This document shows, one piece after another, positions 48,876 through 56,849 of a stretch of DNA of 64,000 nucleotides. A program made the position numbers and the translations under genes. Source of the DNA: an uncultured Verrucomicrobiae bacterium (GTDB lineage Bacteria; Verrucomicrobiota; Verrucomicrobiia; Chthoniobacterales; UBA10450). The stretch covers positions 448,001 through 512,000 of the forward strand of contig CAVYXA010000001.1 of assembly GCA_963772365.1 (NCBI GenBank). Direction: 5' to 3'. Position 1 is the first letter of the stretch, and the number at the start of each line of letters is the position of its first letter. The notes below the pieces were generated by a model, which was not told the origin of the DNA, did no database searches, and saw only the letters and a program-made list of their open reading frames with translations.

Positions 48876-49622
48876 ATGTTAAAGCTGAAAAAACTCCGGC
48901 TTGATCAGTTGCTGGTGACCAAAGGCCTCTTTCCCAGCCGGGAAAAAGCCCAGCGCGCTGTCATGGCCGGGGAAATCAAGATCGGAACGCAGGTCGCGGC
49001 CAAGCCATCCCAGCTTGTCCAACCGGATGTGGAGATCAGCGTGAAATCGCCGGAAAAATTTGTCGGTCGCGGCGGCCTGAAATTGGAAGGGGCGCTCAAT
49101 GATTTCAAGATCGACGTCGAGAACAAGATCGCCCTCGACATCGGCGCTTCGACAGGCGGATTCACCGATTGTCTGCTCCAGAGGGGCGCGGCCAGGGTTT
49201 ACGCCGTCGATGTTGGCCACGGTCAATTGGATTGGAAAATTCGGAACGATCCGCTTGTGATCGTGCTGGAAAAGCTGAATGGGCGGTTTCTGTCCCGTGA
49301 GCAGATTCCTGAGTCTGTCGATCTTTGCGTGATCGATGTCTCATTTATCTCGCTGACTTTGATCTTGCCCAATGCCTTTGAGTTGCTAACTGCAAATGGC
49401 GTGATCCTGGCTTTGATCAAGCCACAGTTCGAGCTCCAGGCGGCCGATGTCGGAAGCGGGGGAATCGTTCGTAAACCGGAGTTGCATCGAAAGGCACAAG
49501 ACAAGATCGTTCAGTTCGTGACTCAGCTCGGCCATAGCGTTTCCGAAATTGTTCCTTCCAGCATCACTGGCGCCGACGGCAATCAGGAATTTTTTGCATG
49601 CATACGAAAACGATCGGCCTGA
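48876..49622 (+). CDS. tlyA: TlyA family rRNA methyltransferase
   Basis: S4 'RLDQLLV', 'RGGLKL', 'LDIGASTGGFTD', 'DVSFISL', 'LIKPQFE'. Confidence 0.93.
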   Translation: MLKLKKLRLDQLLVTKGLFPSREKAQRAVMAGEIKIGTQVAAKPSQLVQPDVEISVKSPEKFVGRGGLKLEGALNDFKIDVENKIALDIGASTGGFTDCLLQRGAARVYAVDVGHGQLDWKIRNDPLVIVLEKLNGRFLSREQIPESVDLCVIDVSFISLTLILPNAFELLTANGVILALIKPQFELQAADVGSGGIVRKPELHRKAQDKIVQFVTQLGHSVSEIVPSSITGADGNQEFFACIRKRSA

Positions 49623-50464
49623 TTGCGCATACCGGAAAACCCGGCGTGGCCGATCTGGTCAACGCCGTGGCGGACGAGTTTCGCCGGTATTCGATGTCGA
49701 TCCTGCTGGAAAAGGAAACGGCCGCGATTGCCGGGAAAAAATCAGACAGCACCATAGCGCAGCTTGGCGCCGCCACGGATCTCTTAGTGGTCGTCGGCGG
49801 AGACGGGACCATCCTGCGCGTGGTTGGACAACTGGGTGAGGCGATCAAGCCGGTCTTCGGGATCAATGTGGGATCGCTCGGCTTTTTGACCTGCGCAAAT
49901 TCCAGCGCTTATCGCGAAGCGGTCGAATGCATCGCGAAAGACCGCATCAACTTCAGTCAAAGGACGCTGTTGGAAGCACGGGTCACGTTAGGCGAAAAAC
50001 GCACCGGGAAAATGATCGCCCTCAACGACGCAGTCCTGAGCCGGGGCGAGCTTTCCCGGTTGGTCTTATTGCAAGCACGAGTGAACGGCGAAGTGCTCAC
50101 GGAATTTAATGCCGATGGATTAGTCGTGGCCACGCCGACCGGGTCGACCGCCTATTCGCTCTCGGCGGGCGGGCCGATTCTCGACCCGGAATCGGGCGTC
50201 CTCGTGATTACCCCGATTTGTCCGCACGTCCTGACCAATCGGTCCATCATTGTGGCCTCAACCTCGGTCATCGAAATTGAAGCGAGCGATCCTGAGTATC
50301 CGGTCTTTCTCACGCTCGACGGCCGGCCACCAATTCACATCGAGCGAGGATCTACAATCACCATCCGCAAAGCGAAAAAGACTCTGCCTTTGGCCGCGTT
50401 GCCCGATGTCTCATTCTTCAGCGTGGTGCGACAAAAGCTGAAATGGAGCGGCAGCAACGTCTAA
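49598..50464 (+). CDS. nadK: NAD kinase
   Basis: 'VGGDGTIL', 'GINVGSLGFL', 'DGLVVATPTGSTAYSLSAGGP'. Confidence 0.95.
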   Translation: MHTKTIGLIAHTGKPGVADLVNAVADEFRRYSMSILLEKETAAIAGKKSDSTIAQLGAATDLLVVVGGDGTILRVVGQLGEAIKPVFGINVGSLGFLTCANSSAYREAVECIAKDRINFSQRTLLEARVTLGEKRTGKMIALNDAVLSRGELSRLVLLQARVNGEVLTEFNADGLVVATPTGSTAYSLSAGGPILDPESGVLVITPICPHVLTNRSIIVASTSVIEIEASDPEYPVFLTLDGRPPIHIERGSTITIRKAKKTLPLAALPDVSFFSVVRQKLKWSGSNV

Positions 50465-50480
50465 GAGCCATCTCGTAAAT

Positions 50481-50508
50481 GGTAGGGACGGATCGCCGAG
50501 CCGTCCGC
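50481..50508 (+). repeat. GTAG-type REP-like palindrome between convergent genes
   Basis: GGTAGGGACGGATCGCCGAGCCGTCCGC; a related copy follows metG near 17391-17416. Confidence 0.55.
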
Positions 50509-50550
50509 AACGCGCGCCCCACCACAACACGGCGCCCGACCATTCGCAGT

Positions 50551-51210
50551 CTAGATTCGTTCGATTGTTGCCAGCCAGCCCGGTGCACCGTGGTCGTGGA
50601 ATCTCGTCTCAATCCGCTCCGGTTCGATTGTGACGATATTCCAGCCGGTGCTGGGGTTGAACGCAGATCTCAGGTCTCTCTGACTGATCGGGTGCGGGCC
50701 AATATCGACACCTTCGTCACTGAAGCACAGCACGTACAGAGTCCCACCGTGTTTGGTCACCGATGCCAGACTCGCCGCGTATCGGGGTTGCTCGTCGTTG
50801 TCGAAAGTGTGGAATAGTCCGCAGTCCATCACAGTTTCGAACTTGCGCCCCAACCGATCGAGTTGGAGCGCGTCAGCTAAGGCGAATTCAACGTCGATCT
50901 TACGGTCGTCGGCTTTCTGTCGCGCGATCGCCAGTGCCGTTTCAGCTACATCAACACCGACAACGGCGAGTCCGAGCCAAGCGACCTGAAGAGCGTTCTC
51001 GCCGGTCCCGCATCCCGCATCGAGCACCGCTCCGGCAAATCCGCCTTTGGATGCCAGGCGCACGAGTGCTGGCTGCGGCCGGCCAATATCCCAGGGCGCA
51101 GGCCCATCGTGATACGACGCATCCCAGGGCAATCCTGATTGCCGTTCGTGGCTGGTTGGCCGCCGACCACCAAACGGATCGCCACCGAAGGTTCGTGGTT
51201 GCTCCGACAA
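50551..51210 (-). CDS. Class I SAM-dependent methyltransferase
   Basis: 'PWDIGRPQP', 'VLDAGCGTGEN', 'DCGLFH'. Confidence 0.88.
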   Translation of the reverse strand: MSEQPRTFGGDPFGGRRPTSHERQSGLPWDASYHDGPAPWDIGRPQPALVRLASKGGFAGAVLDAGCGTGENALQVAWLGLAVVGVDVAETALAIARQKADDRKIDVEFALADALQLDRLGRKFETVMDCGLFHTFDNDEQPRYAASLASVTKHGGTLYVLCFSDEGVDIGPHPISQRDLRSAFNPSTGWNIVTIEPERIETRFHDHGAPGWLATIERI

Positions 51211-51333
51211 TTTCTTCCTCCAGCGGATTTTGCCAGGTGATCGTGGCAGGTCAATTCGCCAGCTCGCCGCCGTAGTCCTCCGATGGCGACGAAGGCGAAT
51301 CCGTGGTTCTCAGATTGCCGAAGGATCCACTTG

Positions 51334-51960
51334 TCAGGCCAACTGGCGAGAGCGGAAACGAGTTACACCGAACAAAGCGACCAAGCCTACGAACAGTAAT
51401 CCAAAAGTTGAACCCGAGTCGGGCACTATACGGACGGTGAAGTTCTGGTTTACTCCAGTTCCCCAGGTCCACTCATAGATGCCAGGCGTTAAGCCGAGGC
51501 TGGCGAAACTCGCGCTGTCGTAGGTCGCGGTGTCCGACAGGGGGGAACCGGATACATAGCCTAGTGGCACAAACAGCAAATGACCGAGGCCGAAGATTCC
51601 GACTAGATCCCCGCTGCCACTATCGGCCAAGGTGCCAAAGCCGCTTCCAAAACTTGTCGGACCACTGATACCACCGCCGCCATACGGCTGGACAGGGTTA
51701 GACCCAGTTGGGCCAGTAAAGATGTATGCACCGAATGGGACCACTTGAGATGTCCCTGTTGTTGGGAAAAGAGTATCGAGGCCAGTTAAATCGATAGGTC
51801 CGCTTCCGGTGGCGACAACGTCGGGACCGACTTGCCGGAACGTTACGATGTAACCGGCTTGAGCGGATGGAGCGGAGGAAACGATTGCGAACGCCAGAGC
51901 AGCTAGCGTGGGTTGAAAGAATTTGCGGAAGAAGCTAGCTGTTTTCAGAGGATTTAGCAC
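51334..51960 (-). CDS. VPDSG-CTERM (PEP-CTERM-like) exosortase-sorted surface protein
   Basis: Signal ending 'AQA'; C-terminal 'VPDSGSTFGLLFVGLVALFGVTRFR'. Confidence 0.88.
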   Translation of the reverse strand: MLNPLKTASFFRKFFQPTLAALAFAIVSSAPSAQAGYIVTFRQVGPDVVATGSGPIDLTGLDTLFPTTGTSQVVPFGAYIFTGPTGSNPVQPYGGGGISGPTSFGSGFGTLADSGSGDLVGIFGLGHLLFVPLGYVSGSPLSDTATYDSASFASLGLTPGIYEWTWGTGVNQNFTVRIVPDSGSTFGLLFVGLVALFGVTRFRSRQLA

Positions 51961-52157
51961 GGGCGTGAGAATGAGAAAAAACGAGCGCAAAGTCAAGCTT
52001 AATTCGTTAACTGCGTAGGAAAATTGCTGCCAGTGCCTACTAAATCCGCTGCCGATTTAGCGACATTTGGCAATCGGCAAAGTGCTCACACCGATTCCTG
52101 CGGCGAAAAGAGGGCGCGGAGTTTGAGAAAGCTTTCGCCGCAATTTGAATACTGTCG

Positions 52158-52583
52158 TCAGTTTTGCCTAAGAAACTTAATCAATTCGTTAAGCGTAGTG
52201 TTCAATTGTGCCTTACCTTTGTCACTCATGTGCCCTGGGGCCATATTGATTATCTTAGTGACCAAAGCTTTGTATTGTTCTTGCCTAGATCGAGGGTAGT
52301 CCAATTCGACAACGGTCGCCTTTGCAATCAGTTCAATCCTGAAATCATCAAAAAGTTCAAACACGTTGCGAGACAAGTTGGCTTCAGGGACGTATTTCGG
52401 GCGATTAGCTTCGAAGTCAGATTTCCAAGCATTTAGAAAGGCGAGCAACTCAACTTTGCGTCGACGTTGATCACGACGACTAGCAAAATAGTTGGCGACA
52501 AAAGCGCCCGAAATTGCTCCACCAATGCTCCCAAAAGCGATAATAACAAACACTTCCTCAATTGTGTCCCAGTTCATCGACAT
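52158..52583 (-). CDS. Hypothetical single-TM protein, AT-richer than flanks (possible cargo of an older element)
   Basis: ATG with AGGAGG RBS upstream; one N-terminal TM helix. Confidence 0.6.
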   Translation of the reverse strand: MSMNWDTIEEVFVIIAFGSIGGAISGAFVANYFASRRDQRRRKVELLAFLNAWKSDFEANRPKYVPEANLSRNVFELFDDFRIELIAKATVVELDYPRSRQEQYKALVTKIINMAPGHMSDKGKAQLNTTLNELIKFLRQN

Positions 52584-52798
52584 TTACCTCCTGCTCGCGG
52601 TGTTGGGTTTTATTGGAGGACTCATCGGCGGGCCTTTGCGGGTCGTAGTCTATGTCGGAACGCAATCAGCGGTCGACTTCCTAAAAGCGACGATGGAAAA
52701 GGCTCAACTCCGAATTAGGAGCAGACTAGAAAAACCATACCCAACCAACCCCAACGCCTAGCGATTGGTGCTGGTAGGGTTTGATTATGGAAATTCTA

Positions 52799-53371
52799 TT
52801 ATTCCGATCTAGCTCGATGAAGCCAGCGCGCGGTTCCGTCAGCTTGGTAAGCCAAGGTGAATCGAAAACCTTGCATCTTTTTCGTCCTGATGAATGTCGA
52901 ATAGTAGACGTTTACATTAATATCTCCCAGTCTGTACTGCATCTCGTTTCGGTAAAAAGGCATCCGGACTGTCACTGTGGCTGTTTCCTTTGCGTCCAAA
53001 TTCGGTATTTCCGGTGCCGAATCGTCAAACTGCATTCCCTCGATTCTGCCGCCGTAAATATTTTCAACTTTGCTGACACCGACCATTCGACGTACGTGAT
53101 AAATTGGCAGCCACCCTTCGTTTGTAATCTTGAAGATCGCGGGGAACGGATGTTGAGGATCGAGCGGCCTCTCGATCTCTACGGAAACACTTGATTGAAA
53201 TGAAAAGTAGGTCGTCGCGATTGTCATCAAAGCCAATAGCCAAAAGATTGGGCCGACAGGAGAAAATATCAGACCAAATAATCTTCTTACTTTGTTCCTT
53301 CGGTTTCGCTGCCGCTGTTTTTGCCATTTCAGTCTTCGTAGGTCTCTTGCTCGCTTGCCTCTTTTAGACAT
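52799..53371 (-). CDS. Passenger: basic N-terminus, one TM helix, small beta-rich domain
   Basis: 190-aa ORF ending just inside the left TIR. Confidence 0.6.
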   Translation of the reverse strand: MSKRGKRARDLRRLKWQKQRQRNRRNKVRRLFGLIFSPVGPIFWLLALMTIATTYFSFQSSVSVEIERPLDPQHPFPAIFKITNEGWLPIYHVRRMVGVSKVENIYGGRIEGMQFDDSAPEIPNLDAKETATVTVRMPFYRNEMQYRLGDINVNVYYSTFIRTKKMQGFRFTLAYQADGTARWLHRARSE

Positions 53372-53388
53372 TGACTGTATTAAGCTTT

Positions 53389-53577
53389 GTGCCTAAACGC
53401 GACACAAGCCAAGAAGCCTTGCGGCAAGTCGAGCAGATCACCGGCAGCAAGCCGGTCCGAGGAGAAACCTTGCTCCGGTCGCGGAAGTTAAAGCAACAGC
53501 TTAGAGAAGCTAGAAAGCGCGAAAAAGACCGTCATGTAAAGGCTAGCAGGCCGCCGAAGACAAGACGCTCGGACTAA
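53389..53577 (+). CDS. Passenger: small basic protein
   Basis: GTG start, 'PKRDTSQEALRQVEQITG' followed by a Lys/Arg-rich tail. Confidence 0.5.
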   Translation: MPKRDTSQEALRQVEQITGSKPVRGETLLRSRKLKQQLREARKREKDRHVKASRPPKTRRSD

Positions 53578-53624
53578 TTCTTTGTCCTTGCATTTGTATT
53601 GCATCTGCTCCAAGGTTCCTGACT

Positions 53625-54041
53625 ATGACCGGGGATGACATTCGGAGCATCGAAGAACGCGAGGCGCTTCTTGATAAAGAAATTACTGAAAGGCAGAAGC
53701 TAAAAGACGCCTATCGCCTTGTTCGAGAGGACTTGGCGCGGAGCCACGGACAAAACGGAAGCGCCAGCCAGGATGATGCGGTTGGGCTATGGCCGGAGCT
53801 ATCTGGGCAGGGCGACAAGGAGTACGGGCGCAATACGAAGCTCGTGCGACTGGCTATCTCCAAAATGACAGACGATTACCACATTCGTGATATTTATGCG
53901 TTTCTGCGCGGTCACGGTTACCAGATCGGAATGAGCGCGATCGGAATAGTTCTCAATCGCTTGAAGAAAACCGGCGAAATCAAAGAGCGTGTGCCGGGAA
54001 GCGGGCGCAGACCGGCTTTGTACAGAAAACGAAGATTATGA
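53625..54041 (+). CDS. Passenger: coiled-coil + winged-helix DNA-binding-like protein
   Basis: 'YHIRDIYAFLRGHGYQIGMSAIGIVLNRLKKTGEIKER..GRRPALY'. Confidence 0.65.
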   Translation: MTGDDIRSIEEREALLDKEITERQKLKDAYRLVREDLARSHGQNGSASQDDAVGLWPELSGQGDKEYGRNTKLVRLAISKMTDDYHIRDIYAFLRGHGYQIGMSAIGIVLNRLKKTGEIKERVPGSGRRPALYRKRRL

Positions 54042-54160
54042 AGTTAGACCGACAGCGCAAGGCGACATCAGCCCGGTCGTAACCTAGCGCAATGATACAA
54101 AAGGCACCGGGCCGCGTGGTTGAATCCTACTAAGACTGCCACGCGGCCCGGAAGGGCAAT

Positions 54161-54230
54161 GGGGATACCGGGTAGGCGGGCACGCCCTATAAGCAACGCC
54201 CGGTGGGTTCAACTCCCACTATCTCCACCA
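54161..54230 (+). ncRNA. tRNA-like RNA (70 nt) with Ala-type acceptor stem, canonical T-arm and encoded CCA, lacking a normal anticodon arm
   Basis: GGGGATA pairs with TATCTCC (G3-U70); T-arm GTGGG-TTCAACT-CCCAC; ends ACCA. Confidence 0.6.
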
Positions 54231-54240
54231 CTTTCTTGTA

Positions 54241-54417
54241 TTACGGAATATCACGAGTTGACCGTTCTATCAAGCAATTTCTGGCCCACTCTCTAACCTT
54301 CTGGCCAGCGCGTTTGGCAGCGCGAGTCATTGCGGTGAGTTCATCCTGAGAGAAACGCAGAGAGAAAACGCTTTTCGTCTTTCGCTTTGGCAATTTAGGT
54401 CTTCCCCGTTTTGGCAT
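54241..54417 (-). CDS. Small AT-hook + ribbon-helix-helix regulator (58 aa, below the ORF-track cutoff)
   Basis: Hand translation MPKRGRPKLPKRKTKSVFSLRFSQDELTAMTRAAKRAGQKVREWARNCLIERSTRDIP*. Confidence 0.7.
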   Translation of the reverse strand: MPKRGRPKLPKRKTKSVFSLRFSQDELTAMTRAAKRAGQKVREWARNCLIERSTRDIP

Positions 54418-54423
54418 AATTAT

Positions 54424-54476
54424 TTTTCGTAATACGAAAATTAGTGTTGACGGTAGTTTAATTTTTGTATTACATT
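54424..54476 (+). promoter_or_regulatory. Transposase promoter with operator-like repeats
   Basis: TTGACG (54447-54452), 18-bp spacer, TACATT (54471-54476); palindrome TTTTCGTA-A-TACGAAAA at 54424-54440. Confidence 0.55.
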
Positions 54477-54496
54477 AAATCAAGCTAAAAATTTGT

Positions 54497-55423
54497 ATGA
54501 ATAAACGATTGAGCAAAGAACGGCAGTCTTTAGTTTTGGCGGCGCTCTGTGAAGGAGCACCAATCAACGCAGTTTGCCGGATGTTCCGCGCTGATAAAGC
54601 GGCGGTGCTGCGCATCGTTCGTGAGACCGGCGAAGCATTTATCGACTACATGGACAAAGAATTTCGCGACTTGCCGTGTGTTCGCATCGAAATGGACGAG
54701 CAATGGCAGTATGTTGGCTGTCACGCGGGCCGGATGCCAAAGCCGACGACCGTTTATGGGAAGCGCGACAATACGCGCGGCGACTTTTGGTTGTGGGCCT
54801 GCATCGACGCGGACACGAAGTTGATTTTCTCGCATCGTGTCGGCAAGCGTGATCGCTGGACAGGCCGCGAGTTTGTTGCTGATGTGCGCCAGCGCGTGAA
54901 AGGGCCGGTGCAGATCGCCACAGATAATTTCAAGCAATACCCGTGGCACATCCGCGAGGCTTTCGGTTACGAGGGTTTCAGCTACGGAATGGAAACAAAG
55001 GTATTCGGCGAGCCGGAAATGCTTGACGGCACGCTGGCGCGTCTTGGAAAGAACGAGGGCGTTCGCAAGATGATGACAGCGGAGCGGAAAGCACTAGTAG
55101 GCTCGCCGGACTTAGGCAGCCTCACCACTTCGCACATTGAGCGGGCTTTCTTGACCGTTCGCCAAGAATTGAAGCGATTCCAGCGCAAGGGGCTTGGCTA
55201 CAGCAAAACAGTCGAAATGCACAAGGCGGCGGTCGCAATGTTCCTTGGCGTTTACAATTTCGTCCGTCGTCACGAGACACTGAAAACAACGCCAGCGGTC
55301 GCAGCAGGCGTGGAATTGAAAGCGTGGCGTTTAGAAGACGTGGTTGAAATGAAAGACGCCTACGTGCGCCGGACAGAGGACGCGAAATTTGAAGCAGCAT
55401 TCGCCAAGCTTGAAAAACCATAA
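54497..55423 (+). CDS. IS1-like DDE transposase with N-terminal HTH
   Basis: 'LCEGAPINAVCR', 'IEMDEQWQYVG', 'WLWACIDADTKLI', 'QIATDN', 'TSHIER', 'YNFVRRHETL.TTPAVAAGV'. Confidence 0.9.
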   Translation: MNKRLSKERQSLVLAALCEGAPINAVCRMFRADKAAVLRIVRETGEAFIDYMDKEFRDLPCVRIEMDEQWQYVGCHAGRMPKPTTVYGKRDNTRGDFWLWACIDADTKLIFSHRVGKRDRWTGREFVADVRQRVKGPVQIATDNFKQYPWHIREAFGYEGFSYGMETKVFGEPEMLDGTLARLGKNEGVRKMMTAERKALVGSPDLGSLTTSHIERAFLTVRQELKRFQRKGLGYSKTVEMHKAAVAMFLGVYNFVRRHETLKTTPAVAAGVELKAWRLEDVVEMKDAYVRRTEDAKFEAAFAKLEKP

Positions 55424-55446
55424 CCAAAGCCTACCAACACCTAGCG

Positions 55447-55474
55447 ATTTTATATGACATATATTGTCTGATGT
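55447..55474 (-). other. dif/xrs-like XerCD site (degenerate)
   Basis: Minus strand ACATCAGACAA-TATATG-TCATATAAAAT; 11-6-11 layout, 20/28 to the B. subtilis dif recalled as ACTTCCTAGAA-TATATA-TTATGTAAACT. Confidence 0.45.
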
Positions 55475-55553
55475 TGTTAAAGCATAGGTTAGATTTTGCG
55501 CGCCTTTACTTCCCGGCTCCCTACGCTGGGGATTCCGTTCGAAGATCGCCCGC

Positions 55554-56513
55554 CTACGTTTGCAATGGCGGAGGTTCGGGCGGCGGCGAAGTCGTAGGCG
55601 GCGCTGGCGGCGAAATTCCCTGCCAGACATCGTAATCGGGGCCGAATTGGCGGAGAAACATCAGTGTGAATCCGTAAAGAGTGACCGGAATCGGCAAGAG
55701 AATCACCGTGCCGATGTATGGAATCGCCGCAATGCAGCAGGTCACACAAACCACGGCGCAACCAACGATGGCCGCACAAATCGCGATCAGGATAAAAAAC
55801 AGCAGGAAAAGAAGAATTGGCCCAGGATGCGCGTTGATCAGCCCAATGCTTTCCACAAACGCCTGACGCGCCCGGCAACGCTGGCGATACATGATCGGCA
55901 CCATGAAATGCGAGATGACGGTCCACGCGATGGAAATCGCCACGACAAAAAGGAGGAAGAACCCAAGCGCGATCCAAAACCAGAAGGTCGGTTTTGGATG
56001 AGGGCCGTGGAGAACCAAAGGCGCGATGACCGGCAGAATGGCGAGGATGACGAGGGTGAAGATCGCCAGAGCAATCACGAGCGAAAACAGAAAAAAACTG
56101 TTCCCCTCTGTCCGGAATTCGTTCCATGGCCCGACGATCGCGCCGCGGTTATGCATGATGCAATCGGTGAACATGAAGCGGCCACGCGCGCCGATCCATT
56201 TGAGAACAATGACGATCGCAAGAAGAATCAAAGCGCCGATAACGATCAACGCGATGATCGGCCAATCCACATTTCCGATCGGTCCGATCTCATGAAATTT
56301 CCTTGCGATCTCGCGCCGGTCGTCACGCGAGGACCAGGCCGAGAAGGGATTCCCGTGAATTCCAAAGCCGCCGGCAAAATTCGCTAGGAAAGCGGCGAAA
56401 CCGATGACGAACCATTTCTTAATGTCGAATGGTTGAAAAAGGATTTTCTTCATCAGGTCGAAGGCTTCGCCGAAAGGCTTGAAGATCTCGATTCTGGGTT
56501 CAGGGCCGTTCAT
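55554..56513 (-). CDS. Multi-pass membrane protein with Pro-rich tail
   Basis: 'KILFQPFDIKKWFVIGFAAFLA', several TM helices, 'VCVTCCIAAIPYIG'. Confidence 0.75.
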   Translation of the reverse strand: MNGPEPRIEIFKPFGEAFDLMKKILFQPFDIKKWFVIGFAAFLANFAGGFGIHGNPFSAWSSRDDRREIARKFHEIGPIGNVDWPIIALIVIGALILLAIVIVLKWIGARGRFMFTDCIMHNRGAIVGPWNEFRTEGNSFFLFSLVIALAIFTLVILAILPVIAPLVLHGPHPKPTFWFWIALGFFLLFVVAISIAWTVISHFMVPIMYRQRCRARQAFVESIGLINAHPGPILLFLLFFILIAICAAIVGCAVVCVTCCIAAIPYIGTVILLPIPVTLYGFTLMFLRQFGPDYDVWQGISPPAPPTTSPPPEPPPLQT

Positions 56514-56849
56514 GCGTGCGATTCCAATCCGTCTCGTTAAGAGAAGCAAGCTTTCCGCGCGCTGGAGGGATGCGCTTCCGCGCGTCCGGGACATGCGGAA
56601 GCATGTCTCTCCGAAGTCTTCAGTCTTTTATTCGCCTGATTTGCGTGATCCGCGGGCTCAATCAGTTCCGAAATAACGATCGCCGGCATCCCCAGCCCGG
56701 GCACGATATAGCCGGAGCGATTCAGTTGTCGCGAGAGCGCAAGATCGACAATTTGGCCGCCACCAGCGAATGCTCGACGACTGTAACCGCTGAGTTTCGT
56801 TCCACCGCTGTTGGGTTTACCGTAAGAGAACGCAAAACACAGGGAAAAG

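Larger units (their letters stand above)
52767..55441 (+). mobile_element. IS1-like DDE transposon with passenger genes (2675 bp)
   Basis: TIRs 52767-52790 GGTGCTGGTAGGGTTTGATTATGG and 55418-55441 (revcomp GGTGTTGGTAGGCTTTGGTTATGG), 21/24 identical; 8-bp TSD TAGCGATT at 52759-52766 and 55442-55449. Confidence 0.88.

Noticed and set aside
52492..52761. 89-aa plus-strand ORF as a real gene
   Set aside because: TTG start, overlaps the minus-strand gene, and ends in the remnant element end; not enough support.
54161..54230. Canonical tRNA, tmRNA or integrase att-site remnant
   Set aside because: No anticodon arm and no tag reading frame. Both acceptor strands are present, it lies inside the TIRs, and there is no integrase.
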